From Callorhinchus milii (Eukaryota): 64,000 bases of DNA. Made by a program: the position numbers and the translations under genes. Of the stretch, positions 1-13,228 are shown one piece after another. How positions within the stretch are numbered: position 1 is the stretch's first letter; every line of letters starts with the position of its first letter. The DNA is taken from contig NW_024704742.1 of assembly GCF_018977255.1 (NCBI RefSeq), positions 105,340,001 to 105,404,000 on the forward strand, given 5' to 3'. Below the pieces are notes generated by a model. It did not search any database. It saw only the letters and a program-made list of their open reading frames with translations, and had not been told where the DNA came from.

Positions 1-372
1 GTAGCTCAGTGGGTGGCACACTCACCTCACAAGTGAGAGACCTTGGTTCGATTCCCAGCAGAGCGAAATGTTGGGCAAGTTTCTTAACTCCACACGCCTG
101 TTTACCTAGCAGTAAGTAGGAACCCAGTTGTTAGTCGATTGGCAGATCACTTTTCCGGGGGTAATAATTCCTTCAAAAAAAAATAATAATAAATTGGTCA
201 CTGAATCCATGACTGTTTATGGGACACTGCTGTGCGCAATTGGCTGCCTCGTTTCGCCCGCAAAATATGCAGTCAATTCACTTTACAGTATATTCTGTGA
301 AGCGCTTTGAGACGTCTAGAAGATGTGATAAGACACTATATCAAATGCAGGGATTATTATTATTATTATTAT
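1..372 (+). mobile_element. tRNA-derived SINE (family A), near full length, L2-like 3' tail with (TTA)n
   Basis: A-box-like gtagctcagtgg, B-box ggttcgattcc, body shared with the copy at 28749-30146, tail gtgaagcgctttgagacgtc...atcaaatgcagggattattattatt. Confidence 0.85.
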
Positions 373-1449
373 TAAATTCCTACAAATCCTTCAAAGCATG
401 GGTTAGCCACTGGCATTTTGTTTTTGCAGTTATACATCAGAGGATTGTCGCTAGTTTGTGAGCTGGATTGTGAAATATTTAATAACCATAGGGACTTGTA
501 AAGCAGTATTTTGTAGCTGAGAGGGAATCTAGGACCTGTGGCAGTGCTGGCAAAGACCTTTTACAGCATTGCAAATTGATAGCAGGGATAATAACAATAA
601 TCCTTGCCTTTGATATAGCGCCTACGTCTCTGAGCATTTCACAAGTAATTGCTGTTAAGTGTAGCCACTGTGTATTGGTAGGCGGATGCAGGAGCCAATA
701 ATGCAAACAGCAGTGTCCCTTAAAACTAATGCTAAGTGACCAGTCTGTCACAGGGAGAAACTGCCTTCTCTTTTTAGATAGTGCTATGGTATTTTTAACC
801 AGAATCAGTGGACAGGATTTCGGCTTTTGACATCTCATCCCAAGTATACAAAATAAATTTCAAATAAATTTGATCAGAAAGCAATTTGGAATTGTAGCAT
901 TTGACCTTTTGTTCTGATTGCAATATTCTGTCCAAGTTTGTTTAAAAAAATGTATATTGTTCTAGGCCTTGTGGATATCACATTTGCTACCTTCTCTTTG
1001 AGTGTCTGCAATGTTTGTATAGTTTGGTGGGTGGGGGGCAGAGAGAAAGGAAAGGAAGAAAGAAAGAAGGTACTTAGTATTATGTTCCCGTCAGTTATTT
1101 TAAAAACAAACTCCACGCATATGGCTGATTGCAATATTCATCGTCTTTTAATCCAGACAACAGAAATCAGGGATGAATAATTCAGGCCCGGCACAATTTG
1201 TTTTGTTTACTTGATATTTATCTTCATTATATGTTTCAGTAGAGAATACCTCAACACGATTACAATCTTACCCCGCTTGGGAATGGATTTATTTCAATCT
1301 AATGCCACTTTATATGGTGTATAATGTTCCTGTAGATTTATCACTCATGTTGATTATGTATCTTGATTTCTGATAATTGCTCTTATTTTGGAAAAAAACT
1401 GAGGTGCCAGTTGTCAGGAGCTCAAATTAAATTTGTTCTAAAATAACTG

Positions 1450-1676
1450 GGAGCTGGTCAGCCTGGCACTCTCATTTCTGTTGTGGAGGGTGTCAGGACT
1501 GACACTCACAGTCCAGTCTGACCATTGGCACCACCTTGTATTGTCGAAGGGGCTCATCAACATTTGGATGAGATGTTAAACTGAGATCCTATTTGCTTGT
1601 TCTATTCGGCTTCAAGATGCCAAGATACTATTGAAAAAGAAAGTGAATTTCTCCTGGTGTCCTGGGCAAAATTGTC
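1450..1676 (+). mobile_element. Degraded DeuSINE (SacSINE1-like) fragment
   Basis: Core ggatgagatgttaaactgagatcc...tttctcctggtgtcctgg matches the better copies at 34418, 46169 and 48736. Confidence 0.6.
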
Positions 1677-2174
1677 CAGATACGATTCACCATTTCTCCT
1701 CCGATGAGCACAGGACCAAGCACTGATTGATAACTAGGATGGACCTGTGCTGTCACACTCATTTGAACCCTTCAGGACTTCAATGTGTTGTGTTCAAATA
1801 TGAGTGAAACACATTTAAAATTCTTGCAGCTCATGCTTCACTTTCCTGCATAACAGCACCAAAACATAGTATTTGCATGTGTCATCTGCCACTGAGTTCA
1901 CATTCTCTCAGTGGATCACAATTTCCTAGTGATCCAGCAATCTATATTTTAATTCATCTCAAAACTAACATTTTTTTTATTTCTTTGAACATCCCTTTAT
2001 ATGACAATATTATCACATTACAGAATTGATTTACACTTCAGTTCACAAAGTCTACATTGTGGTGAGTTTCCAATGGGATTCCTTAATAACAGTTCTGAGT
2101 CACAAATGGGGATTCCAACTGTTACCTGAACTGTGATAACTTGCTCCGAAGGTAGATTCTGTTTAATCCGTGAG

Positions 2175-2285
2175 ACGCCAGCCCATCAGCTAACCCAGCA
2201 CAGATCAGGAATCAAACCTGTTACCTTCAAGATCTGTATCAATTATTGCTGCACCAGTTGGTGCCTTTACCCACCAGAGCACTTG
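2175..2285 (-). mobile_element. AmnSINE2-like ancient SINE head fragment
   Basis: Reverse strand reads ...ggtttgattcctgatctgtgctgggttagctgatg, similar to the copy at 54765. Confidence 0.45.
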
Positions 2286-2556
2286 GGGGGTTACGTGTCT
2301 GGGTTTTAAGAGTCATAGAAAGTTTACAGCACAGAAGGTGCCCATTCAGCCATCTGCTGGTGCTCGCTCCCCAATGGAGCAATCAGTTCCAATTCCGTTC
2401 CTCTGCACATTCTCTGTACCCTTCAATATTTTTGCTTGAGTCATTTTTAACAACTTCCTTTTTAAATAGTGCTCTGGAAATAATTTTCAAGAAAACTTTT
2501 ATAACTTAATTGTGAGTTCCCTGTAAAGGAAGTTGTTTTGGTTGATGACCTGTTTT

Positions 2557-2598
2557 TGTGTGTGTGTGTGTGTGTTTGTGCGTGTATGCGCACATGTG
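2557..2598. repeat. (TG)n microsatellite
   Basis: tgtgtgtgtgtgtgtgtgtttgtgcgtgtatgcg. Confidence 0.9.
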
Positions 2599-2965
2599 AT
2601 ATCTGGGGAAGGATGAATTCTCATCAACACAAAGGCAGATGTTTATAAGAATTAAAGGGTAATTGGTCAGGTTGATATTTTTCCCTTCAGTGTTGGTGCT
2701 GAATTGCTGTTGTAACTGAGTTATGGTAGCCCAGGTGCTGGCATTATGTCAGCATCGTTTAACTGCAGTATTTCACACATGAGCAAGTGTTCATTGTAGA
2801 TACTGCAAATGGGTTTGTCTGGCTTTTCTTTTTAAATCTGAAGTTTGTTTCGCAAGTAACTATTGAGGAGAAGAAACCTTTTCGAGGAGATTTAAAATGA
2901 CGAAGAAAGTAACAAATGGGGGAAGAAACAAAGTCTGAAATTGAAACCTAGGGAGCGGTAAGGGA

Positions 2966-3194
2966 CGTACACACACACACACACACATGTACACACACAC
3001 GTACACATATACACACACCCACGTACACATGTATACACACACCCACGTACATATATATATACACACACACATGTACACACACACGTACACACACACATAC
3101 GTACACACAAATGCACATACACATAGACGCATGTACACACACACGTACACACACATGCGTGTACACCCACACCCACACGTTCACACACAGACAC
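2966..3194. repeat. Compound (CA)n/(TA)n purine-pyrimidine repeat with recurring cacgtacac/catgtacac units
   Basis: Directly visible; it generates the spurious CV/HT-rich ORFs at 2860-3296. Confidence 0.95.
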
Positions 3195-3730
3195 AATGCT
3201 AGTGTTGTACAAGCATCGCTTTTGATAATGTTTAAGTGCTTGCTGAACATTTACCTTTGAAAGGCCGTCCGTGCTTATATCCAATGGATGTTGCACATGT
3301 CAGAAACAATTTAATAAAAAAAATTGGCCACTTTAACAGAGAAAGGCCCGTGTGGGAAATCACAAGGCTTGTTACCCTGCAGTCCTCCAGCAGGTGAAGG
3401 AAGATCTCTAAGGCTGCAGTCACTGATCATTACTGAGCTTTGCTATTGTATCCCACCGAAGAATTATCTATGAAGAATTTACAGATGTCCATCCCAGCAG
3501 CTGGGTATAAAGTTTGTTTCTTAGTGTTAATCATGTTCAGAATTTATCTTGTCTTTATTTTCCACTTGAGTTGTAATTTTTGTCAAATTGACGGTACTTA
3601 TTGCAACTTAAATACAAAAAGCAGCAGATTCAAGACTTTCTTTACAAAATTTTGGTGCTGCAAACTTAAATCTCCAGCAGAAAGTGATCTAACAATATCC
3701 CAAATCCCTGTGTAAAGTTGCTTAGTTTAT

Positions 3731-3915
3731 TCTCTTCAACCGTGCCTTCAGCTCCCCTCTCGACTCTCTACCCCCTCCTTGCCCCCTCCCTTCCCTCCCT
3801 CCCCTCACCCTGACCATTTCCCCCCTGCTCGGGTCCCGACCCAACTGTCCAGCGCCTTGGGACGTCCTCCCGACGTGAAAGGCGCTCTATAAATGCAATC
3901 TTGTTGTTGTTGTTG
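3731..3915 (+). mobile_element. L2 LINE 3' end (one 3'UTR repeat unit), (TTG)n tail
   Basis: ttcaaccgtgccttcagctcccctctcgactc...agcgccttgggacgtcctcccgacgtgaaaggcgctctataaatgcaatcttgttgttgttg. Confidence 0.9.
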
Positions 3916-4119
3916 AGCAATGGTTTTAAATCGGTGGGACTGTTTTGTTGCTGCACTTTGGCTGCCATTTGTCAGCACATCTCTGAGCCTTAACAGAATA
4001 CTCCAAGATAATGCCATCCTAAAATATTCTGTACCACACAGTCGTATATCTAATTTTGATAAAAATATATGTTCTCAAATTTGATTTCTTTTTCAAAAAA
4101 TATAATTTGTCACTCAAAT

Positions 4120-4278
4120 CACAACTGTTTGTGGGACACTGCTATGTGCCATTGGCTGCTGAGTTTCGCCCACAAAATATACAGCCAAAGCACTTTACAT
4201 TATATTCTGTGAAGCGCTTTGAGACGTCTAGAAGATGTGAAAAGCGCTATATCAAATGCAAGTATTATTATTATTATT
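4120..4278 (+). mobile_element. SINE family A 3' half
   Basis: Matches 208-372; ends in (TTA)n. Confidence 0.8.
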
Positions 4279-5552
4279 GGTCAACACGCTCAAACTCCCC
4301 ATTCTTTCTTTCCTGTGAAGGGAATTGGAAGCTATAAAACATATTTCTTAGAAACACAAAATTCCCATGCGCCAGAAACTTATAATAATGATAATAATAA
4401 TCATCCTTGCATTTGATGCAGCAACCATCATGTTAAAAGTCTCAAAATGTTTAAAATGTCAACATGTTTGGAACAGTGACGCCAAAATGTAAACAAAATG
4501 AATGCAGCACATCTGCTCCAAGTTTGTATGTGTTTCATAACGATGTACTTTATAATAGATTTCTTATTTTGTAACCACATATTTTTTCTCCCAATTTTTG
4601 TTGTACCTAATTTGCTTTTTTTTGAGTGAATTATTCTCATTTTGACAGTCTGCAATGTAAAGTCCTTTCTCTCTGTGCCTTCCATTGCAGCAGACAGGTT
4701 TCCTTCACTCAGTAAGATTTTTCTCAAATATAGTCTACAATGTTACATGCAATTGTTTTCCAATATCTGGTTTCAGTTCCTTTACTGATTTTAAGAAGAA
4801 AAGGTTTCTGGTCTCTCCATTTTCTATTAAAATTAATAGACAGCTTGTCTCCAGCCAGCGTGTGTCTGATTTGGCACCAGTTGAATGAATGACATGATAT
4901 TTATTTTTTCTGACATCCAAGTGATTAGATCCACAGTATAAAGTTGAATAGTTTGTAGCAAGTCCGTTAGATTACGCAGTTGTCAGAAAGCAATACATAT
5001 TCGATTGATCTGAACCCTGGAGTTATGGGTGGTCGGTCAGTCACAGTAACAATTTTCATTGTTGCTGATGGTTTATTTAGTTGGGATAAATCGGGTTTGA
5101 AAGCTGAAGTGTGTTCATGAAGGTTTTGTTTTACTATATAACTTGAAAGCTGAATACTCCTGTAACCACGAGCTTCTTTCACCTGGTTTAGTTTTCATTT
5201 CCCACCACTGGTTGGATTTCTAATGGTTACAGTACGCACCGGGAAAAGAGTTCGACCTCTGAACTGTGCTGAGTGAGTTGAACTTAGCCAGGCCAGTGGT
5301 GGGAATGCAGAATTTGGCCTTTGCTTGTGAGACAAAAATCTGACTCTTTCTTGTTTGTGATTGATAACAAATATCATCTGTGAAAATTTGCATGTGTGGC
5401 CGTTTAGTGAGGACACCAGTGAGATCAGTGCTCCCAACTGGTTAAAATGCTGCTTGTGTATGAGGAAACAGTCACTTGAGGCAAGGGGATGAGGTGCTAT
5501 GTCAAATGCTAGGATTATTATTTAAATTAAATTATTATTAAATTAAGGATTA

Positions 5553-5688
5553 CCGCTGTACACAATTGGCTGCCCCGTTTCACCCACAAAATACAGTAAA
5601 TCCACTTTACAATATATTCTGTGAAGCGCTTTGAGAAGTTTCCACGATGTGATAAGGCACTATATCAAATGTAGTGACTATTATTACT
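5553..5688 (+). mobile_element. SINE 3' fragment
   Basis: gctgtacacaattggctgccccgtttcacccacaaaata...aggcactatatcaaatg. Confidence 0.75.
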
Positions 5689-6212
5689 AAAACTCCAGCA
5701 AGAAGGATGCCTACTGCAAAGGGATAGGGAAAGAAAGAATATTTGTGATCTTTGGAATCTCTCTAAAAAAACACAGCCAGTGTGATAAACTAGACATTCG
5801 GGTGAAAAGCAATTTCTTGTCCCACTCGTGAAGTTGATTGTAACGTTGGACTTATCGCTTGTGAGTTACCTGGTCTGCCTCGTGATTGGAAATAAAACTC
5901 ATATCTGACAGGGAAGCATTGAGCATCTTCTGTTTATCCAGTGTTGTGTGACTGAGACTCAGAATGTCAGAGTCTGTGTGTGTCTGTAAAACTAAAGGAA
6001 GCCATCTTAATCAGTACTTCCACAGCAATGAGCTTTGAGGGCTCAATTTCCTTCATGGTTCACAGACATTCAGCATCATTCCTCCCCATTGGTTTGAATG
6101 ATTCGGTTCAAATATTCTGGAGTAGAGCAAAACAAAAAGTTACATTGGCTTCAGTGACATCATTTGTTCTACAATAAAGTGAGAGAAGTGAGTGATGACG
6201 AGAACATGGATA

Positions 6213-6282
6213 TCAACAACAACGAGATTACATTTGTATAGCGCCTTTCACATCGGGAGGACGTCCCAAGGTGCTGGACAGT
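6213..6282 (-). mobile_element. L2 LINE extreme 3' tail
   Basis: caacaacaacgagattacatttgtatagcgcctttcacatcgggaggacgtcccaaggtgctg. Confidence 0.8.
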
Positions 6283-8981
6283 CATGTGGATGCTTGTTGT
6301 GGTGAAGAATGGCCACTTATGTGAGGTGGTCGTAACCTGTGGACCTACACCCCGGCCTTCAGCAGAAAAGGAACAGCAACACTGAAATAACACTTGGACT
6401 CTGAATGACAAGCCTTTTACTGGGGTAGATTTGCTTAACTTGTCATTTACCATCTCCCCCCCACCCACCCCCCCACACACAAAAAAAGATGTTTATAAAC
6501 TTAAGCACGTTGAGCAAGGGGATGAGGGAGATATCTACATTAAAGCAAAGGTGAGGCAGAAGATGGTTAAAGTAGCGATACTTGCAGCAGGTCTTAAATT
6601 GATGAGCTGAACAGATGTTGCTATAACCCAGCGATTCTTCCAGCTTCCTCCACAGCTTGGTGTCGTGCTGTCAGTCGACGCCTTTATTGCCCATATTAAT
6701 GGTATACATTTATTTAATAAAATGTGTCATTGACTAACCTCTCACCCCAAAATGTAAACACAGGCAAAAATAGAAGCTGAAGTAGATAGTGGATGAGTGG
6801 GTGTTTGTTTCTGAGATCCCTTGAAGCAGCCAAAGGGGTTAACCGCAGTAGGTGAGGTATTTGACAGCTGCTTACCAACCATTCTGGTGCCGTGGTTCAG
6901 AAGTGCTGCCACTGTGCTCCAAGTTGTAATGTAGTGTGAGCTATGAATGCGCACCACTGTGTGACTGATGAGATAAAATCTTACTGTGGGGAGTTGGGGG
7001 TGGTTGGGGAAAGCGCCTGTGATAAGAGGCATTTTCTTCATCGAGAGAATATCAGCCCAAAATCTATTCACCCTTCAGTTTGCACTTGCCCACATAAAGT
7101 ACTTTTGTCAAGGTCAACAACAGTTGTTACAGAGCTTTATTTTATTTTAATGTTGTACAGTATTTGAGCACCACAGTAACGTGAATAATTTGCAGTGCTC
7201 AGGCCGTGTCATATTCTGTGAAAACCATGTTGTAAAACCATGTTATGGTTTCCTGGATGCAGCTTTGAAACCTCACAAAGGAGTAGCCCAACAATTTGTA
7301 AGAGAAATTTCTCTCGAGTACTCGTTATCCTTTAAGGCTGCTGCCTCTGCTGTGCAGTGGACATTGTTGAACCCCTTTTATTTTGCTGTGTACCTTGCAT
7401 AAAATTACATTGGTCAGTCATCGGTCTGAGCTGGCTAAACATTTTTATTGTGAGCAGGAAAGTAAGGTTCCACCAGCTCACGAGGTTGTGCTATTGACAG
7501 TGATTGAAGACATGTTTCAAGATTCTGAAAGCATTGAAAGCATTAAGTGGAAAGCACAATATCAAAATGCTACAGGGAGACGAAGTAGCATTGGCTGCCT
7601 TTCTTCACACGTGCACTGGCTCTTTTCTCTTTCAGTTGCGGGATTTAACAATGTGTTAAGGTACAGGTTATTATTGGTGCGCACTGATTTGTTTGAGGTG
7701 GCTTTGTCGTTGTTTATTGTGGGAGATTGATTGATGATTTTGACCATTATGTTTGTTGGATGTGAAATTTTTCCTTAATAACTGACCGCTTACTGTCCCT
7801 TTAAGTCCATATTTTTCCCAAGTGATTATCGATGTGCATCTTACAAGCAAGTTGCATGCAGTATGCAAGCAGCAGTGATATGATCTTTTTCTGGATTCAA
7901 GAAAATGCAAGCAATTCAAAGAAGGAAATTGAAAAGTTAACACTCAAGTTTTCATTCCTCTTAATTCAGTTTGGGACAGCATTGCATTGGAACTGTTGGC
8001 CAGACTTACCCAGAAGAGCTTACATTTTTCGTATACATCTGACTGTAAGTCACTACAGTGATTCGGTGTCTTCCAATCTACGCTCCTGTCTTTCTCATAT
8101 TCTCCCCCGCTTAAAATTGATTACGGTTCAACCCATTTTTGCATTGCAACATGACTCTGACCTGGCACTACCCTGCATGGAGCCCAGTTGAAAACTGAGG
8201 ATAGCCTTCAATCAACTTTCAGCTCCTAACCTTGGTGTGATTGAGTTCAGCATGAGGTTTGTTTAGTTGGCTGCCTCCAGTGTGGATCGATAATAACCCT
8301 GTTACGCTGAGGTATGTCATTCAGATTCAGTTTACACTCCGTTCAGATCACATTAATCTGAACTGAATAGGATTTACTTTCCATTTCCACTGCTCTCGAG
8401 TCCAACCTGGGGAATGCATAGTGCAATATGAAATGTCCCACTGACACAGGGGCAGGAAGCAGATATCAAATTCACTCATACGTTATGATTAGCGAGAGTA
8501 ACATCTACTGTAATCACAGTTAATGATGAATTAAAGTTACATTTACAGTGATAAGCCATTTGTCCCGAATATCACTTATCCAGACTGAAGGATTCTGTGA
8601 ATCGCTGGACTCTGTAACTCAGAACACTCTTTGTACAGTTATACACACTCCTGCGTACAGTCAAGTTGGCTTGACAAAAATTTTATATTTTGTGCTTTGT
8701 TTCGGTATTTGTGATGAATCGGTGTTTTCCTACAAGTTCTATTCAGTGATTTCATTTTGGAAACTTTTCAGTGTTGAAGGAATTGCAGCTCGGCGGATTC
8801 GATCCCTTCCCCAACCGTTTTGAATAAATATCATTCCCCTGCAGCTGCCCCCCCTTCAGTACCATGTTGGTCGTGTAAGTAGCTACGGTGTGTGAGGTGC
8901 CTCCATCAAAGGAGCTGGTTTCAGCCATTGTCTCTGTTAGAGATGGAAGCAGCTTTGAACAGCTAAAGCATTGCCTTGTAT

Positions 8982-10109
8982 ACAACAACAACAACAAATT
9001 ATATTTGTTTGGCTCCTTTTACGTTGGGAGGACGTCCCAAGGCGTTGGGCAGTCATTTGGACCCGAGCAGGTGGTTGGGATCAGGAGGGGTGGAGGGCAG
9101 AGAGGTAGGGGTTGGAGGGTGGCCGGAGGCACAGTTGAAGAGGAGAGTCTTAAGATGTGCCTTAAAGGAGGCAAGGGAGGGAGCGAGGTGAAGGGACTGT
9201 GGGATGGGGGAATTTCAAAGGGTGGGGGCAGAGAGGCTAAAACAGGGAGTTGGAGTAGTCGAGCCTAGATGTAATAAATGCATGGATGAGGGTTTCAGTG
9301 ACCTGAGGAGAGAGGCAATGGCAACCCGGATGTCATTGCAGAGGTGGGGGAAGGCAGAGCAGGTTATGACACGGATGTCCAGTAGAAAGGACAGTTGAGA
9401 GTCAAATAAGACCCCAAGGTTCCAGACTGGCTCAGTGAGGTGGAGTGTGCAACTATGGATGGAGATGCTATGGTGTGGAGGCGCTGACGGGAGCCGATCA
9501 GGAGAGCCTCGGTCTTGTTGATGTTCGACTGAAGAAAGTTAGCTCTCATCCAGGACTTGATGTCTGTCAGACATTCTGTCAGGACAGCAGTGGTCCTGGA
9601 GTCAAAGGTGGAAGTTGACCCCATGTCTGCAGATGATGTCACCAAGAGGGAGCATATGGATATTGAAGAGGACGGGACCAAGGACAGAGCCCTGAGGAAC
9701 GCCGCACAAGACGGTGTGGGGCTGGAGGAGAAGCGGTTTGTGGAGACAAAGTGGAGACGGTGTGAAAAGTAGGATCTGAAGCAGTCAAGGACAGGACCAT
9801 GAAGGTTGAGGTGAGAGTTGAGGCGGTGGAGGAGGAAAAACTGATAGACAGTGTCAAAGGCAGCAAAGAGGTCAAGGAAGATGAGGAGGCAGAGGGAGCC
9901 CTGGTCATCATATGACCAAAATGTAATTTGTCACCTTGACCAAAGCTGTTTCTGTACCGTCGGCAGCACGGAAACCGGATTGGAGGGTTTTATAGAGGGA
10001 TTGGTGGGAGAAAAGGAAGGGAAGTTGGGAAGCAACGACTCGTTCCAGGACCATGGAAACGAAAGGGAGGTTGGAGATGGTCCAGGGAAGGTGTTTTTGA
10101 GGATGGGGG
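8982..10109 (-). mobile_element. L2 LINE (host copy, 3' part), degraded and internally deleted RT region
   Basis: (CAA)n tail at 8983; reverse translations [24 protein letters not shown] and the LLDL..AFDT region. Confidence 0.9.
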
Positions 10110-10678
10110 CTCGATTACGCGAACTCCCTCCTCATCGGCCTTCCCAACTTTCCCTTCACAAGCTGCAGATCATTCAAAACTCTGCAGCTCGTGTACTCTC
10201 ACGCACCTGGCTCCGTGACCCCATCAGTCCCACCCTCGCCCGACTCCACTGGTTCCCCATCCCCCAGAGGATCGAGTTCAAGATCCTCATCCTCACCTTT
10301 AAGGCCATCCATGGCCTTGCCCCCTCCTACCTCTCTGACCCTACCAACCTGCCCGCTCCCTCCGTTTAGCGGGCTCCGGTCTGCTCCTCGTTTCCCGCCC
10401 GACCCACCCTACCATCAGTGGCCGGGCTTTCAGCCTCTCTGCTCCCACACTCTGGAGCTCCATCCTTCGGTCCCTTAGCCTCCCTTGCCTTCTTCAAGGC
10501 TGGCCTCAAGATCCTTCTCTTCGACCATGCCTTTTAGTCTCCCTCCACTTCTCTGCCTTCCCTCATCCCTACACTACCCCTCCCCCATGCTTGAGCCCCG
10601 ACACGTGACTGTTCAGCGCTTTGGGACATCCTCCTGATATAAAGGCGCTCTATAAATGTAATTTTGTTGTTGTTGTTG
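10108..10678 (+). mobile_element. L2 LINE 3' fragment nested in the minus-strand L2
   Basis: [12 protein letters not shown]...LHWFPIPQRIEFKILILTFKAIHGLAPSYLSD; (TTG)n tail. Confidence 0.9.
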
Positions 10679-10742
10679 GCTGTTTTTAAGGTGGTGGGAA
10701 CGGTGCCAGTGGACAAGGAGAGGTTGATGATGTTGACCTTTG
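10678..10742 (-). mobile_element. Continuation (5' side) of the host L2
   Basis: Reverse translation IINLSLSTGTVPTTLKTA, which normally precedes the PILK segment seen at about 10095-10109. Confidence 0.8.
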
Positions 10743-11334
10743 GCATTGGTTGTTATAGACAAAACAATGCCAAATTCCCTATCCTTTGCTTATCCTTAAA
10801 AGTCCAAATACCTTGTATCGTTAACTCTTGTGCTTCCCCCCCACCCCAAGCCAGAGCAATTATGCTTTCCCAAAATTTGTCTATTCCAGGTGAGACCTCA
10901 CTAGTTTATTTGTGTTTTTTTTACTGCCAAGAAGCAGAGTATAAATGAGCTCCAGAGGCAATGAGATGTATTCCTGCAAAAAAAATGGATTGAGGGATGT
11001 GGTAGTGAGAAGGTAGATAGCTGGGCCTCAGAATTAATCTAAAGAAATAGACTTATTGAACCTAATGAACCTGCCCTAAAAATAAAGTTCTTCACAATCA
11101 CTGGTATATGCCGACCTTTTCCAAGATAAATTGAAATTCTTCTATAATCTGGAACAGAAGTCATGTAAATGTGCTGAAAGGCCCATAAGTATCAGTTATC
11201 TGTCAAGACTCTCTTGTAGCTCTGCTTTTGCTGTTTTAAAGGCTGTGGTTGAAGTAGCCTGGGAGAGATTTTTGTGCAGCAACATCCAGGCAATTTGTTC
11301 CAGTGACATTTATAAAGACTGCCCACAGTTATCA

Positions 11335-11860
11335 TTGTGTAACTCATTGGTTAGGCTGCAGTTGGAGCATTGTGTCTGATTCTGGCCACGTTACCTGAGG
11401 AAGGATGTGAAGGACCTGGAGAGGATCAAGCGGAGATTCACTAGGGTGTTATCAGCGATGAGAGGTTTTGGTTATGAATCAGAGCAATTGAACAATAATA
11501 ACCCTTGCATTTGGTATAGTGCCTTATCACGTCGGAAGGACGTCTGAAAGCCTATGTATTTGTAGGCAAACACAGCAGCACAATTGCACACAGCAATGTC
11601 CCACAAACAGCCATGAATTTTAGCAAACTAAGGGAGAGGTAAGGAGATTTATGTTCTACACGCACAGAGGTTGCTGAGATATGAAATATACTGCCAAAAA
11701 TGTGTGGTTAATGCAGTATCTGTAATAGCTTTTACAAAGAATTAGGCAAATATTTTCAAAAAAGGGAAATGGCAGAGACAAATAAGAGCAGACAAGTGGA
11801 ACTGAATGGGTAACTCTTTCATAGAGTTAGTGCGCGCATAAAGAACTGAATCTGCTTCCA
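11335..11860 (+). mobile_element. Old CR1 LINE 3' fragment, interrupted by a minus-strand SINE tail at about 11490-11620
   Basis: SLVRLQLEHCV*FWP...RKDVKDLERIKRRFTR motif and CR1-type 3'UTR remnants. Confidence 0.7.
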
Positions 11861-12674
11861 CCTGTTCATTATATCATTGAGCTTTTACACCAAAGCACAC
11901 AGTGTGGCTACCAATCAGCAGCTTAGAAGCCTGGGAATAGGTTAAGATTGCTGGGAGATGGTACTTGGACTGCTCCCTTCCTTTTACATCATTTAAGATT
12001 AACGTAGCAATTGGGCTGAATATTGATTTCCTTTAAATAGAGTGCATATGTACATTGATTGGAATACCCGAGTGTCAATTTGTTCGTTCTTTGAAGTATT
12101 TCATTTAGATTTTTTGGATCAGATATGATGTGAACATTTTTCTTGAAAAAAATCTACAATTTTTAATTAGCTGCTGATTTGGGAAGGTATCACTTTTTCA
12201 GTCTCTTTTGGGGCAATTTGTTATTTCCTCACAAGCTTCAGCTGAGATCTAAATGAGATGGGCAATTTGTGAAATTTCTCAGTTCGACACAATGGGCTAA
12301 CTGGCCTTCTTCTGTGCTGTAAATTTCCATGGTTCTGTTCGGTGCTGGAAAGAGTTTCCCTCTTGTGTCCAGAAAAGGTATAAATTATTCTTTTTGAGTT
12401 TAGACTCTGTTTGAATCTTTGGATTGGAGGCAGGTTTTAAAATTATTTCTCTTTACTTCTGTTCAAGCTTGATTGAAAAGTCTGCGTTTTTTGAGTTCTT
12501 GAAAATAATACATCAACCGGGTCAGGAAGGCTGAATGATAACCTTCGAATCTTTCTAAATGTTGAACTGTTAAACCAATCCATTCAGAAAAACAATTGAT
12601 ACCTCATCATTTCTTAATTATCTTAGAGGTTACCCAGTGCTGCCTCATCGTTCTTTTCTGTGCTTATTCTTACG

Positions 12675-13155
12675 TAACATCACAGGAGGGGTTTCTGACT
12701 AAGAAGGCCCCTTAATCCATTTGATCTTTCCTTTCCAGAATGCCCACCTTACTGTACTGTACCTCCACTTACAGCATGAAGCTGTTTCATATATGAACTC
12801 AGTGTCCTGGCTTCTACTACATGAAGAAGGCCCTTTGTCTTATCTGATCTCATCCCTCCAGAACACGCACCATGTCGCTCCCAGTGCCCCATTGAGTCCA
12901 GTGTCCTGGCCTCTGCCACCTTTCCTGGCAGAGGACTTGTTCCAGTCGTTGTTTACCCTCTGTGTAAAGAAAAACTTCCTGGTGTCTGTCATGAAATTGC
13001 ACTTTACAATTAATTCTAAGCCTATGTCCTCTTGTTCTGCTGTGATGATACATCCTAAAGTATTGATCTGACTTTACTTTTGATACAAGCTCCCCTGAGA
13101 GTCGCTTTCCCTCAAGTCTGCCAGTTCCAATTGTTGATTGCTCTCTGAGTAACAA
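12675..13155 (-). mobile_element. CR1 LINE 3' fragment
   Basis: Reverse strand encodes degenerate RLSGEL...SRTRGHRL...FFTQR..N.WN motifs. Confidence 0.7.
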
Positions 13156-13228
13156 AATACTTGCTCACCCACTCCGATTCTGTGAAGTGCTTTGAGATGT
13201 TTAATTATTTGAAGGGCACAATATAAGT

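Noticed and set aside
1..65. tRNA gene
   Set aside because: A/B-box-like motifs run into a SINE body and tail repeated elsewhere; no complete cloverleaf is evident.
2860..3296. Cys/Val- and His/Thr-rich ORFs
   Set aside because: They are translations of the (CA)n/(TG)n repeat.
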